NCBI GenBank assembly: GCA_025558095.1
Contig: JAIVFI010000017.1
Location: forward strand, 186,001 to 250,000
Direction of reading: 5' to 3'
Origin: Hyaloraphidium curvatum SAG 235-1
Taxonomy: Eukaryota; Fungi; Monoblepharomycota
Length of the DNA: 64,000 nucleotides
A program made the translations under genes and the position numbers. The notes under the pieces were generated by a model. That model was given only the letters and a program-made list of their open reading frames with translations, was not told where the DNA came from and ran no database searches. Below are positions 22,345 through 35,152 of the stretch, in pieces; position 1 is the first letter of the stretch; each line of letters begins with the position of its first letter.

Positions 22345-25300
22345 ATGGACAACCAGCAGAACCGCGGAGGAGCCCGCGGACGCCGCGGCAGCCCGTGGCG
22401 CGGAGCCCAGAACGCGCCCGCCAACCGCGGACGCGGCCGCGGTGGAGGCAACGGGGCGCCCGGGGGTCCGCCACCGCCCGCGCAGCCCCCGTCCCCCATC
22501 AACACGGCCCCGCCGAGCACCATCGAGCAGGTCACCTCCGGCATCGCATCCATCACGACATCCGATGCGCCGCCCCAGGGCCCGCCGACGCCCCCCACCC
22601 CGCCCAGCGCCGGCGCCTCGCCCATGACGCTCGCGGCCGGCAGCCCCCGCGAGACGCCGTTCGCCGCCCCCGCGCCGCACGAGGCGGTGCTGCAGATCAT
22701 CCCGAGGCCGGACGCGGGGGGGAAGCAGGGCGTGCGCGTGCGGGGGAGGTGGGCGCCCCCCGGGGAACGGTGACCTGGCGGTCGCTGACGTGGTCCAGGG
22801 CAAACTTCCTCCCGATGACGCTGCAGAACGTCTCGGACTTCCACCAGTAGTGGGTCCCGCTGATCTGCCAACTCGCACTCGCATGCTAACCCGCGACGCC
22901 CGCAGCGACGTCGTGATCAAGTCCGCGCCCGTGCTGGCCGGGAAGCCCGCGGGCAAGCCGTCGGCAAACAGGAACCTGAACCGCGCCGTGTTTGCCGCCT
23001 GGCAGGTCGCGGAGCAGAACGCGAAGGGCGTGCTGGTCGGGAACAAGGGGGTCAAGCTCTGGTGCACATACGACGGCATGCGAGTGGGTTGCACGTCAGC
23101 AGCTCGGAACATTGCCACTGAGGTCTGACACTCCACCCACAGATAATGTTCGCATCCGCCGACATCGGACCGGGCCAGGAGTACCGCGTCGTGGGCGTCA
23201 AGGAGCCCGACTCGGAGGAGCGCCGGGACTTCTTCTTCACCATCCAAAAGACCGGCGTCGTCCCCGTTGCCCCGCTCCTCAGCTACCACGCCAACCCCAA
23301 GAACGTCCTCCCCCCTAGCCAGGACCTGCTCACGGCGCTGGACCACCTCCTGCGGCAGCACGCGAGCATGTCGGACCTCGCTTCTGTGGGGAGGTCGTTC
23401 TTCGACCCGAGGACGAGGCAGAACGTGGAGAGGTCGGCGATGCTGATGCTCAAGGGGGTGTACACGAGCGCGAGGTGGACGCAGAACGGCGCAGCGGTGA
23501 ACGTCGACGTGGCCAACGGCGTGTTCTACCCGGACGGTGCGTAGCCTGCATCACCTCGCGAGGGAACCCACATCTCACACGTCATCCGTCGCAGGACCAA
23601 TGCTCGACGCGATCGTCAACCACCTGCAGCTCCGCTCCATGCCGCAGGTGCTCGCCGACTACCAGCGCAACGGCTTCCTGCTCAAGTTCCGCAACGTGCT
23701 CTTCAAGGTCACCCACCGCGGGCAGAAGGGCGGGCGGTACCGGCTCCGCACGCTGTCCAAGGGCGACTCGGACACGACGACGTTCGAGGGGCCGGACGGC
23801 AAGAAGGTGTCGATCCGCAAGTACTTCGAGGCCAACTACGTGCGTCCCTCGTGCGCCGCCTTGCACATGTTGCTCATCGTCGTTGCCTTCCAGAACTACA
23901 CGATCAAGTTCCCCAAGCTCCCGCTCGCCGAAGTGCACACCGCCGGCCCCTCCGGCTCCCGCGTGACCTACTTCCACCTCGAGTGCTGCGTCATCAGCCC
24001 GAACCAGCGCTTCCTCGGCCGCCTGAGCGAGGACGACACCTCGTCCCTGGTCAAGTTCGCCACCTCGCCCCCCAGCGTGCGCGAGCGCGACGTCAACGGG
24101 ATCCGTGCGACCATGGGGCTGGACGAGCGGAACCAGTACCTGAAGGCGTACGGCGTCGGCGTGCAGCCCAAGCTGGTCGAGATCGAGGCGAGGAGGATAC
24201 CGGGGCCCAAGCTCAAGTACGCGGACCTGCAGAACCCGCAGAAGCAGGTGCTCGTGGACCCGGGCACGCAGGGGTGCGTCGTCCTGCTGCTGGAGTTGCT
24301 TTTCCATGCGCTGACCGACCGTGCCAATCAGCTTCTGGCCCATCCCTCGGGGCGGCGGCTTCATCGGCCCCGGCGAGATCAGGAGCTTCGCCATCATGTG
24401 CTTCGCCGACCCTCGCGCAACCTCGCTCTCGGGCAGCCCGAAGGACCGCGACACCAACGTCAGGGCGTTTGCGCGCATGTTCGTCAAGGTCTGCCGCGAG
24501 TCGGGCATGCGGGTCGCGCCGGCGGTGCTGAACGGGGATCCGCAAATCGTCTACATGAACCGCGGGGTGAGCGGGAGGCCTCCTTCTTCGCATAGCCTCG
24601 CTGATCGGACTGCGGCCCAGGACAACATCGCCACGACCCTCACCAACATCAAGTCCCGCATGCCGCCCGGCGCCGTCGGCAACCTGATTCTCGTCGTCAT
24701 GCCCGCCGACGCCGGCAACGTGCCCGAGTACCAGGAGGTCAAGAGGGTTTCGGAGACGGTGCTGGGCGTGACGACGCAGTGCATGAAGCCCAAGTGGGTG
24801 CGAAACATGGACCAGCGGTCGCCCAAGCCCACCGGACGGGCGCTCTATTCGAACCTGGTGCTCAAGGTCAACGTCAAGCTCGGTCCGTTGTTCCATCCTC
24901 GGGGCTGTTTTCGCTGCTCATTTCCGATCCTCGACAGGCGGCCTCAACACCCACACGGCGACCGGGCTGCCCATCGTCGACGAGCAGCCGACCATGCTCG
25001 TTGGTATCGACGTTACTCACCCGCCCCCGGGCTCGAACGCAGTCTCGATCGCCGCCGTCGTCGGTAGGCATCGGCATCGTCGTTCGCACTGATTTTCTCC
25101 CTGACGATCGACATCCCGTCCCAGCCTCGATGAACCGCGAGTGCTCTCTGTACCGGAGCTCGATCGTCCTCCAGGAAGCGCGGCAGGAAGTGCTCGGCGC
25201 CCTCGACGAGGTCATGATCGACCAGCTCCGCCTATTCGCCCTGCGCAACGGCAGGCTGCCCACGCGCATCATCGTTTACCGTGACGGCGTGTCGGAGGGG

Positions 25301-26070
25301 CAGTTCCAGACCGTGCTGGACGAGGAGGCGGCCCGGATCAAGAGCGCCGTCGCGCAGCTAAACGAGAGGCGCAAGAGGGAAGGGCAGGCCGAGTACGCTC
25401 CCAAGCTCACGTTCATCGTCGTGCAGAAGGTGGGCAAGCTGCCTGCATTTGGGCCGGCTCGTGATTGACTCGGGTTTGCGCAGCGTCACCACACGCGATT
25501 CTTCTTCGAACGGGACAACACCGACAACAAGGGCAATGCACTGCCAGGGACTGTCGTGGACACCGGAATCGTCTCACCCGAAAGCTTCGAGTTCTACATC
25601 GTCTCCCACCCTGGACTGCAAGGAACGAGCAGGTGAGCAAGCGGCGCCGACGTCCTTGAAGCACCGTGCTCATCTTTGCTTCCGGTCAGGCCCACGAAGT
25701 ACCAGGTCCTGTACGACGAGAGCAACCTCGGCTCGGACGCCCTCCAGACGCTGACACATCATTTGTGTTTCTTGTTCGCTCGTTCGCAACGCGCTGGTGA
25801 GTTTCGACCCGGCTCAATTCTCCAGGCGCGCTCACTGAGCACGTCTTCTTTCCCCTCCCTCCTTACGGCCTTCTGCAACATCGCTATGCAGTCTCGATCC
25901 CGCCTCCGGCCTACTACGCTCATCTTGTCGCCGATCGGGCCCGCTGCCACGTGCGGGGCGAAGGCCTGAGCGACACTCTGAGCGCCGCGAGCGGGCAGAC
26001 GGGCAGGTCCGACGTCTCGCTCGACGTCGTCAAGGAGGAGCTGCGCACGGCCGGGATGTGGTTTGTCTGA
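22345..26070 (+). CDS. Argonaute (paralog B), multi-exon; RGG/Pro-rich N-terminus
   Basis: VGRSFFD, GVYTSAR, NVDV; PAZ (VSIRKYF, IKFPKLP); MID YQEVK...QC...[11 protein letters not shown]; [39 protein letters not shown]; ends MWFV*. Confidence 0.95.
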
Positions 26071-26266
26071 AGCGCTGCTACTTGGCAAGATTGGACTGCT
26101 GGCAAGGTTTCGAGCACGGACGAGGCTGCTTCTTTGATCTTCTTCATCACTTTCGATTCATCTTCCATTGGAATACCCAATGTAAACAAAAATGCATGCC
26201 AGAACTACAGACAACGCGATCCAGCGCGAACATCGTCCGTCACAGAGTGGGAATCAGTGGGATCAA

Positions 26267-26988
26267 TCACTCGGTCTTCTTGGGCGGCTCAGGGGCGGTG
26301 GTGACGGCCGGCGCCTTGGCGGGCGCCAGCTGAGGAATGATGTAGCCGGCCACGACCTTGTCGTAGACGAGTTTGGCACCCTGTTGGGCGAGATCAGCTC
26401 CGAACGTGTTCCAAGGCAACAGATAACGTTACCTGGGTCTGGGGAAGGTAGAGGTAGGCAAGGAAGGCCGTCTTCACGAGCGGGTAGAGCGGAATCCAGT
26501 AGTACTGCGGGTTTCCGGTCAGATTTCGGCAGGGGAGCGTAGTGATCCTAAAGAGGCCCACCAGGAAGCTGCCGAGGCATTCGAGGACTGGGCGGTCATG
26601 TCAGCGACGTTATCCGGCAAACAAACGGCGGGATCCCCACCTGCAAAGGTACCGAACACGAGCCAGTACGATAGCCAGGTCTGGCTGCCCTCCTTGGTAG
26701 CGTCTCCCGCGAGATGGTTCAGGGTCGCGTAGGCGGGGTAGGCCACGCCTGGAACGGCGGACGCGGGTCAGAAACCCGCCGAAAACCCTCATCTCAAAGG
26801 CAATTCCAACCGGAAATGGTGGCGAGCTTCCCGGCGCCGAGGTCGAAGAAGAAAACGGCCGCCAGCAGTGCGACGGCCGCGCCGGCTAGCGCGGTCTTGG
26901 GGACCTTTGTGCGCTTCTCGAACTCCACGAGCGCCGGGAAGCGCGACATGAGAGTGTCGAGGCGGGCGAGCTGGGCTTGGACGTCCAT
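26267..26988 (-). CDS. YOP1: Yop1/REEP (TB2/DP1/HVA22) ER-shaping protein
   Basis: FEKRTKVPK, YPAY, WL.YW.VF, WIP.Y...K..F..YL.LPQT.GA..VY; 3 introns. Confidence 0.9.
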
Positions 26989-27144
26989 TGTCGTTGGAGA
27001 TTGGGTGCGTTTGGAGGTTGAAGGCGGAGCGGGGGCGGAGATCGGCGCGGTTGCGCGGCTTTGAACCGTCACATGTCAATTGCAGCGCGTTCGAGAAGTT
27101 GCGAGCAAGCTCAAATTCGACTCTGGCAACAAGCAGGACATGAA

Positions 27145-28026
27145 CTATGAGCACATCTTTACCGACCACTCCACCAGCTGCTTCCCATACTCCTGGTCCA
27201 GCGAGATCGGGTTAGGCTCAACGGGCTTCCGGTCAGCCCAGTATTTCCCGCTCTCGAAGCCGTCCGCTACCTCACACAGGTAGATCGCGGTGTCTGCGCC
27301 CTGCGCCGGCGTCTTGAGGAACCCACTAGCGTAGCCGAGCCACGCAAACGGGGCCATGACCCACTGATACCACGCCCCGTGATCGCGGTAAAAGAGGTTC
27401 GTGTTAACCACACCGGGGTGGATCACCGCGACGCGGACTCCCGAGTTTTCGGACAAGCGGGCGAGCGTCAGCGTGGTGGCCTGCTGTGCCAGCTTGCTCT
27501 CCCTGTACGACGTCATCGCGTTGTAATCCGCCTCCCCGACCCGGGCCACGGCCTCGAGATCGGCGATGGCGTGCACCGTGCCCTTCTCGGCAGAGGCCGA
27601 ACACACGTGGATCAGGCGCGGATCATCGGATTCGCGAAGGAGCGGGAGCAGTTCGAGGGAGAGGAGGAAGTGGCCCAAGAATTTGGTCTGAAACTGGCTT
27701 TCGAATCCGTCCTTCGTCAGCCTGTACGGCGTGTTCATGATGCCGGCGTTGCAGACCAGCGTGTCGAGGCGGCCGACGTCGGCCTTGAAGCGTTGAGCGA
27801 AGGTCCGACATGAAGCCAAGTTCGAGAGATCAAGGTCCATGAATGTCGCCGTCCCGCCCGAATCCTTGACTTCGGGCAGCTCATTCACGCCGTCGACGAT
27901 GCTGCGGCTCTCGGGCTTGTCCCGGCAGGCCGCAACGACGTGGTGGCCCTTCGCGGCCAGGGCCTTCAGGGTCTCCAGGCCCATTCCGCTATTCGCGCCC
28001 GTAATGACGATGGTTCGGGGAGCCAT
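27145..28026 (-). CDS. Short-chain dehydrogenase/reductase (retinol dehydrogenase/WWOX-like)
   Basis: TGANSGMG, LDLS, NAGIM, GHFLL, YxxSK (YRESK), HPGVVNT. Confidence 0.92.
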   Translation of the reverse strand: MAPRTIVITGANSGMGLETLKALAAKGHHVVAACRDKPESRSIVDGVNELPEVKDSGGTATFMDLDLSNLASCRTFAQRFKADVGRLDTLVCNAGIMNTPYRLTKDGFESQFQTKFLGHFLLSLELLPLLRESDDPRLIHVCSASAEKGTVHAIADLEAVARVGEADYNAMTSYRESKLAQQATTLTLARLSENSGVRVAVIHPGVVNTNLFYRDHGAWYQWVMAPFAWLGYASGFLKTPAQGADTAIYLCEVADGFESGKYWADRKPVEPNPISLDQEYGKQLVEWSVKMCS

Positions 28027-28170
28027 GTCAAGATAACGCGTATTGGGCGCTGAGGCGAGGCCCTGGCTGCTCCTGGCCGCGATGTAGGGTTGGGTCAATT
28101 AGGTGCGTCCGATCGCGCACGGCACGATCGACGCGGCCGAATCTCGGCCCGCTCTCCGACACCCACAGCG

Positions 28171-29088
28171 ATGGCAGGCGTCGAATCGGAGCTCGCTCCC
28201 GGCGTCACCGCTCTTCTGAGGACCGGCGATGGCGCCGGCACCGGCCCCGTGTGCCTCATCCTAGGATGGACCGGAGGATCCATGAAGCTGATCCTGAAGG
28301 CCTACGGCGCGCGCTACGTCTCCGCCGGCTTCGACGTCGTCGTCGTCGGAGCTCCTCTCCCTCCGCTGTCGCCGCAGCAGGCCGAAGAGAGGTTCACCTC
28401 GGTCGTCTCGGGGCCGGTGTGGGCGCGGCTCTTCCGGGGACGCCCGTGCGTCGTCCACAGCTTCAGCAACGGCGGGCTGATCAACTTCACGCACCTCCTG
28501 AGGCTGACAAAAGGCTCGCCCGCGCCGCTGGCAGAGGCACTGACCGTGCTCGTCGTCGATTCGGCGCCCTCGGTGAACACATTTTACAACAACGCCGAAT
28601 TCATTCTCGGGACGACACTTCCCCGCGGCGGGACCAACCCGGCGGACCGCACCTGGGGCAAACTGGCCTCGGCTTGGACCTGGTCGCTCACGCGGACCGT
28701 GTACAACGAGATCGCCGTCGGCGGGTACCATCTCGCTTCCGCAGCCGGGTTGGCGTCGGAGACGGACGCCCCGTTCTGGGTCCCGCTGCGGGCGCTCTTC
28801 TCCAGCCCCGATTTCCCCAACCTGCGCTCGGTCAAGTTCCTCTACTCCAACCAGGACCGGATCTCGAGCGCCGCCGGCGTGCGCCAGGCCCAGGACCAGA
28901 TCGCGGCGGCGCTTAAGGGCAAAGGCCAGGACACGCGGGTTTCGGGACGCCTGTTTGAATCTTCGGAGCACGTGGCGCACGCCCAGGTGTACCCCAAAGA
29001 GTACTGGAACGAGGTCGCGGGGGCCCTCGCGGAGGCCGGACTACCCGAGGCGCCTCTGGTGGAAAATGCGCCGGCGGCACGTCTGTAG
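28171..29088 (+). CDS. DUF829/TMEM53-like alpha/beta hydrolase-fold protein, C-terminal -ARL
   Basis: LGW.G, HSFSNGG, DSAP, FLYS..D, F..S.HV.H..YP.EYW. Confidence 0.85.
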   Translation: MAGVESELAPGVTALLRTGDGAGTGPVCLILGWTGGSMKLILKAYGARYVSAGFDVVVVGAPLPPLSPQQAEERFTSVVSGPVWARLFRGRPCVVHSFSNGGLINFTHLLRLTKGSPAPLAEALTVLVVDSAPSVNTFYNNAEFILGTTLPRGGTNPADRTWGKLASAWTWSLTRTVYNEIAVGGYHLASAAGLASETDAPFWVPLRALFSSPDFPNLRSVKFLYSNQDRISSAAGVRQAQDQIAAALKGKGQDTRVSGRLFESSEHVAHAQVYPKEYWNEVAGALAEAGLPEAPLVENAPAARL

Positions 29089-29177
29089 AACGCCCAATGA
29101 CGAGCCGCACCGCGTTTGATGCCATCAATTGCTTTATTTTTCAACCAACGCCCCAACCATCTTGCTCCCTGCGACGT

Positions 29178-30886
29178 TCACAGCCTCGCCATCGTCCTCT
29201 CGATCACCTTGCCCGCCAGCCCGTAGACGCTGCCAAACTCCCTGTCCCAGCCGTCCTTGCCTGCCCCGGCGATCTTGGCGCACAGCGCGTCCTCGTCGTC
29301 AGCGGAGGGGGGGCGGGGGAGGGTTTTCGAGGCGTTCTGGAACGTGCGGTAGCGGTCCCGAGCGAGTTTCTGCGACGGAGCGGATCAGCACGGGCCACGG
29401 GATCGCCGGAAGCATCGGACGACGGACCTGCATGAGGATCCTGCTGTCCCCCTCGGCAAACTGCATGGCAAGCGGACGGACTGTCAGCCCCAAGCCCGCC
29501 TCGCAGGACCCGCAACGCCCCACCTTGCAGCACTGCAGGAAATCCGCGTGCTCGAACCCCGTTCCCGCCATGAGCGCGTAGCTCCCCACCTCCTGCTTGA
29601 GCCGCCAGCACAGGTCGATGGCGGCCTCGACAGCCGCGACCTTGCCCACGGCGATCGCTTCCACGACGTCGGGCGGGGGCACCGTGTTCTGCCGCAGGTT
29701 GACCGAGAGCTTGGCCTCCACCCGGGCGAGGTAGTTGTCCAGCCGCGCGAGCGTGGCGTCGGCCTCGGCGTACAGCGCTCGGAGCTGCGGGAGCGAGGAC
29801 AGGGGCACCTTGCCCGTGGGGCTCCAGCACATCTTGGCGTCCGAGTATCCCCGCGTCATCTCGAACAGCCTGCGGGCAAAGGCCAGCGCGGCCTGCGCGA
29901 CGGCGACGCGGCCGGAAAGGAGGCGCTGCCCGATGATCTCGATCCGCATCCGCTCCTTGCCCTTCTGGACGTACTTGTCTCCGTCGACGTCGGCGTAGCG
30001 GTTGAGCAGCGCGGATTTGGGCAGCTCGGCGCCGTCGAACCGGATCCAGGCTTCCGGGGGAGGGGGACGTCAGCATCCATCGCCAGCTCCGCCTGCAACA
30101 GGCAACGCACCGTTGTCGAGGTCGTTCCCCGTCGTCTTCCTCCCCATGTCGCCCAGGGTCACCCCGGGGACGAGCTTCCCGTTCTCGCGGAAGGTCATGA
30201 GGAACCCGTGCGGGCCGTAGCTCTTGCCCGCGATGCGCAGGTCGGCGACCACGGCGGCCTTTTCGGCCACGACGCCCTGGCTGATCCTGCGACGGCGGTG
30301 AGCTGCAATTGCGGGGGAGCCAAGCGGCGGACGAACCAGTTCTTCTGCGCCCCCTCGTCGGCCGACTCGAGCACAAACACCCCGCGCCCGGGAACCCAGG
30401 TCGCCGTCGTGTTCACGACCAGCCCCGAGTTGACCCCCGCGAACTTTTCCGTCAGCGCAAAGCAGCCCAGCTCCCCCTTCTCCTCCATCTCCCTCAGCAC
30501 GGCGACGTGCGCCTCGGTGCCGAGGCCGAACACGGTGCCCGCAAAGAGGTTGTAGTGCACCGTCAGGCGGATCCACGAGCCGGGGCCGCGGGTGCGGGGG
30601 TCGACGAAGAGGCGGTGCGCGGCGAAGAACTTGGCCGGGTCGGTCTGGACGTCTGCCAACGGGGGGTTCACGTACCCGGAACGGAGCGCGGGAACAGGGG
30701 GTCAGGCTCCGCGTTCCGGGCGATCGAAACGGGGAACGAACCCGAGAAGGAGAGCAGCCCCGAGCGCACGAGTGCGCGCATGCGCTCCGCCGAGGCCTCG
30801 ATGGGCACGTCGGAGCGGATGTCCGCGACGTGCTCCTTCCAGGCGGCGGCCCACGCGGGGTCGACGGGGGACGGGACGAGCGCCAT
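29178..30886 (-). CDS. Acyl-CoA oxidase/dehydrogenase family flavoprotein, C-terminal -ARL
   Basis: TVHYNLFAG, GCFALTE..AG..SG, KNWISQG, G.DLDN, RL..GR, K..AVE, FAEGD; ~4 introns. Confidence 0.88.
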
Positions 30887-31380
30887 TTTTGCGTGCGCGG
30901 GCGTCTGGAGGGCGGGAGGAGGGCGGGAGGGCGCGTCCGAAGTGGGCGGCGTGGTGGAGAGCGCGTGGAGGCCTGAAAATGGAAGCGCAGTGGGTGACAT
31001 GTGACGTCGCCTTTGGACCCTTGGGCCCAACTTGGCCAGCGTATGCGCGCTGGAGCGGGCCTGGAGGTATCAGATCGGCATGGGACGACGACGGACGAGT
31101 TGCATGCGGCGGAAACGGGCCGGATGGTCCGCAGGATGCGGGGCCGTGGACGGTTTTCCCATTCCAGAGGCACCTCAAGCGCACACCTGGCCCCTCGGAC
31201 GCCAGTAGGGGCCGCACTTCGCACATTAAAGCAAATGTATCTCACGGATGCCGGGATGCGTTGCAAATGCCGCGATATGTGATCAGGCTGGCTGCTGTTG
31301 CCCAAGGCGAGTGGGCACTTGGCGAGTTGTCGGAAACGTCGGAACCGCAACTCCGCTCCCCACCTTCGGACGCGTCTCCC

Positions 31381-32032
31381 ATGTTCAAGCTCTTCGGCGG
31401 CTCCCCCTCCCGCTCCCCCAGCCGGGGCTCCCCGTCCCCCGCGCCGTCGCCCTCGCTCCCCGTCGCCCCCGCTACCAGCGCGTCGATGGACGGCCCCGAG
31501 TACAAATGGGTCGCCGCGGTCCCGCTGGACCGCTTCGCGTCGCACGGGTACCGCAGCATCGCCACGGTGCAGAGCGACAACGAGCCGCGCGAGTACGGCG
31601 TGTGGATCGTGTGGCCGCGCGGGGGGGAGGGCGCGGTGTTCGCGGTGCAGCAGAGCTGCCCGCACGCGGGGATTCCGATGGACTACGGGGACGTGGAGGA
31701 GGTCGCGGGGGACTGGCGTGGGTGGTCTGCCGTTGCCGCCGGTCCCGACGGGGGCGCTGACGCGTCCGTCGCGCGTCCCGTCGCGGTCGGCAGAGGTCCG
31801 GTGCTCGGGCCACAACTACGACTTCAGCCTGCAGACCGGGCGCTGCAAAAAGCACCCCCAGTACTGCGCGCGGACGTGGAAGGTGCGGATCACCACCGCC
31901 GAGGAGGAGCGGGAGATGGCCGGGGGCGAGGGGGCGGACGGGGAGGCGCCGCCGGGGGAGTACAAGCCGATGGTGCGGCTGTGGATCCACGGGAGCGCGC
32001 GGGTGCTCAAGGTCGTGAGGGCGGGGTGGTAG
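31381..32032 (+). CDS. Stand-alone Rieske [2Fe-2S] ferredoxin-like protein
   Basis: CPHAG.P...G and, after an intron (~31700-31792), VRCSGHNYDFSLQTG.C, i.e. CxH...CxxH. Confidence 0.85.
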
Positions 32033-33223
32033 GCCGTCCGGCGCTACCCGGACGCCGTCTGGGCCGGAAGGCCGTTGGTTGCAGGAAGCGGCAGGCACCT
32101 ACAACCCGTGATACTCGATACCCCGGAAGTGCGACCGATGTACCGGCACAACAGCCAGCTGGTGGAACCGCTCCCGTGCCAAGGCCCATCCGCCCTCCCT
32201 TTCTCGCGGATCATATCTGCCCGGCCCCGGGCCTCGCTGGCTGAGTAACCGAGTGCCGCCTATCCTGCGGGCAGCACGGAAGCCAATCCTTCCTCCCGTC
32301 TTCCGGGCTCGCCCGCCGGGACGGGCGGTGCCGTGCGGGAGCGGGAGCGGAATCCGGCCGCCCCCGTTGCGATCCCCGAATTGCGGCCCGGGCCGAATGA
32401 GCAACCGAGCTCCGGCCCGGCCGTCCCCTGGGCTCCCAAGCGGACCTGTCTGAGTAGGGGGGCGTGGGTGTTCCGTTCGGCCCGCTTCGTCTCGTTCCAT
32501 CCGCCCGGTCGGCGCCGTTCGATGGGAGGAGCGGAGGTCCGCCACCGCCTCCACCCGGAAGTTCGGCATGAGTTGAGGCGGGATCCTCACTTTCGATCGG
32601 GTGCGGCCGGCTGCGGCCAGTTGGCGTGGCGCGGGGACTTCCGGTCCGTTCCGAACCCCCGGTTTCGCGGCGACCGGGGCGGCCCTGGGTCCGGGGGCTA
32701 CTGGAGGTGGCAGGGAATGTGGAATGCAAGGAGCGTGTGGAGAACGGGCCCGGGAAACGAGGAGGGGAGGGGTGCGGGGGGGCAAGTTGGCCGGACCGGG
32801 CGGCTCTCCAGCCACGTTGGCGGCGGCATCGGCCCTCGGTCTCAAAGTGACCTGACCTCATGGCCGCCGAAGCCAAACGCAACGGGGAGTAGATAGTGGC
32901 CTGCCCGAGTCTTCTCGCTGCTTGCTGGAGCGTAACAGCTCGAGGAAGGTCGAGAAGGCTGAACAATAACGGCTGCGGGTTGCAAAGTCGGAGGTTCCGG
33001 CTCAAATTCGACCCGGTCACATGCTCAAGGCCGTCTTCACAAGCTCGCCTCGTTTCCAACTCCCAGGCAGTTCCCCGGCCGCCACTCCCTGCCGGCGACT
33101 CCGCCCGCACTCTGAACGCTAAAAGGGCCTCTCGCAAAGCCCGCTTGTTTCCCGCGGCCCTTGAAGCGGGAATCGGTTCGGGTTCGCCACCGTCACCTCC
33201 CTGCCCCTCCGCCGCCTCCCGCG

Positions 33224-33799
33224 ATGCCGCGCGCGCCCGCCCGCTCGCCGCTGTCGGCCGTCACTCCGCCGCCGCCCTCCGCGCCGCTCGCCGCGCCCGT
33301 GGCGCTCGCCGCCGGCCAACGCTGGGAGTGCTGCTCCCCGGCCGCCTTCTCGTGCTCCCCGGCGTCGCTCTCCTCGGCGATGACCGAGTCGGCGATGACC
33401 GAGCCGCCGTCGCCGCGCCCCGCCGCGCCCGCCGGGGCCGGCGCCCCGTTCGCCAAGCAGCCGCTCGCCTCCCCGCCTCCCCGGCCCCCCTCGGCGCTCT
33501 CGCGGCTGCTCACCTCGTCGCCGCACCCCGACCCGCGCCGGCGGCACATGGCGCGCTTCCTCTCCGCGCCGGACCTCTCCTCGCGCATGGACCTCGAGAC
33601 GTACGAGCGCGCAGTCGCCCCCGCTCGCGAGCGCCGCGAGTCGGAGACCCGCGAGCGCCGCGACAGCGGCGCCAGCGTCGGCCCCGCCTCCCCCGTGGAC
33701 TCCAAGCCCGCCTGCGACCTGCCGCCCGCCGCGCCGCGGTACAGGGACTCGGTGCTGGACCCGGCAATCCGATTCGCCGCCCACGCGCGGGCCGGGTAA
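33224..33799 (+). CDS. Possible low-complexity Ser/Pro-rich hypothetical protein
   Basis: ATG-initiated ORF with GC3-rich codons similar to neighbouring genes; no recognisable domain. Confidence 0.35.
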   Translation: MPRAPARSPLSAVTPPPPSAPLAAPVALAAGQRWECCSPAAFSCSPASLSSAMTESAMTEPPSPRPAAPAGAGAPFAKQPLASPPPRPPSALSRLLTSSPHPDPRRRHMARFLSAPDLSSRMDLETYERAVAPARERRESETRERRDSGASVGPASPVDSKPACDLPPAAPRYRDSVLDPAIRFAAHARAG

Positions 33800-35152
33800 T
33801 CGTCCGGCTGGCGCCGCCGGCGCCGGAAACGGGGCCGGACCGGGCCGATGGACATTGGACATGCGCTATTACCGCCGGACACGGGATCCGGAGCGCCCCC
33901 TGTGCAGCAGGGGGCCGTCAGAGGCGTTGGATGGTTGCGGCCATGCGGCCGCAGCCGGGGTGCGGGAGAAGATCGGCGCGGATGTAGCCGCGCAATGTAT
34001 TCGGAAACGTCCGGGAGGGAATGTACATGCTGTTTCTGCCATCTGCGCGCGGGCGATCCGGCGCCTGAAGCACGTGAACGGAACCAGAGCCCGAAAGGCC
34101 CGATCGGGCCCGGCGGTGCCGGGTCCGCTTCGTGCGCCGCAAACGGGGCGGCATCCGTCCGGCGGACCTCTCCAAACCTATCCCGAGCTTCGCGCCCTTC
34201 CGTGCACCCAACCGGCGCCTCCAGGAGGGAGTGAGCGAACGTCTCCCGCTTTGGAGGCGGAAGGTCTCCGGGCCGTCCCACGCATCTGACCCCGCCGGCC
34301 ACGCCCGGCCGCGCGCAAAGCCACACATCACCCGCGCCCCCCCCCCTGCCCATGGAGTCGGGTGCCGGAGAAGGGCGCGATCCGCCCCGGCCGGCCTCCG
34401 GCGGGCTCCCGTGGAGCGCGGTCGGGAACGGACGACGCGGATCGGGCACAGCCACACTGGCGTTGCTGCGCCCCGCCGACCGTGCAGCTTGGCCACCGGT
34501 CGGGCTTACTCGGCAGCAGGGAGAAGGGACTGATGCGGGAGCGCTGGCTTGGGACGACGGGAGGAGCAGGCCAAAGCAGGCGGGGCTCTGTGGCCGTCGT
34601 GGGAGGCCCGTCGCTGCACGCAGCTGCGCCCGATCCGCGCGCACCGGCTCCCGCGCACGCTCGCTTCCCTTCGGAGCATCGCGGGGCCGGGGTGTCGGTG
34701 GGACGGGCGGGGCGGCAGGTTGCCCCGGGTCAACGCCGGGTGGGATGGTCGGGGCGGACGGACTTTGGGGAGGGAAGAGGGAAGGAGACGGCGGGCCGCG
34801 GCCATGGATCGGGAGCACGGGTTGCTGCTGTTGCTGTGGGAGGGGCCGGTGATTGTGCACACGATGTGGGCTCGGTCTCGCGATGAGATGGTCAACACGG
34901 GGCGGTTTCCACTCGGCGGGCGTTCTGCATTCGGACAACAAGTATGGCGGGAAACGGCATGCTCGTTTGGCCTCAGTAGGCTGCCCTCGGGACCGCATTG
35001 TCATCCGACTAATCCGGGTGTCCAACCGGCCGAGTGGGGATCCGCCACGGCGCCGGCCGCTCGCCACCCTCCGCGCCACACCCGCTCCGAATCAGAATCC
35101 CGTCCCGTGCGACGCGACCTTCCGCCCCGCAACAACCTTGCCACGCGTCCCA

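Noticed and set aside
10655-26070. Prokaryotic Argonaute defence operon
   Set aside because: Both genes have many spliceosomal introns and eukaryotic AGO-clade motifs, and the neighbours are eukaryotic housekeeping genes.
27670-27700. SDR FQTKFLGHF instead of the usual F.TN.LGHF
   Set aside because: A single substitution with the YxxxK and cofactor motifs intact; too weak to call inactivation.
32050-35100. Long overlapping ORFs (e.g. 33193..35079, 32896..33987, 32211..33137)
   Set aside because: Arg/Pro/Gly-rich shadow ORFs expected at high GC, with no domain motifs. Only 33224-33799 was kept, at low confidence.
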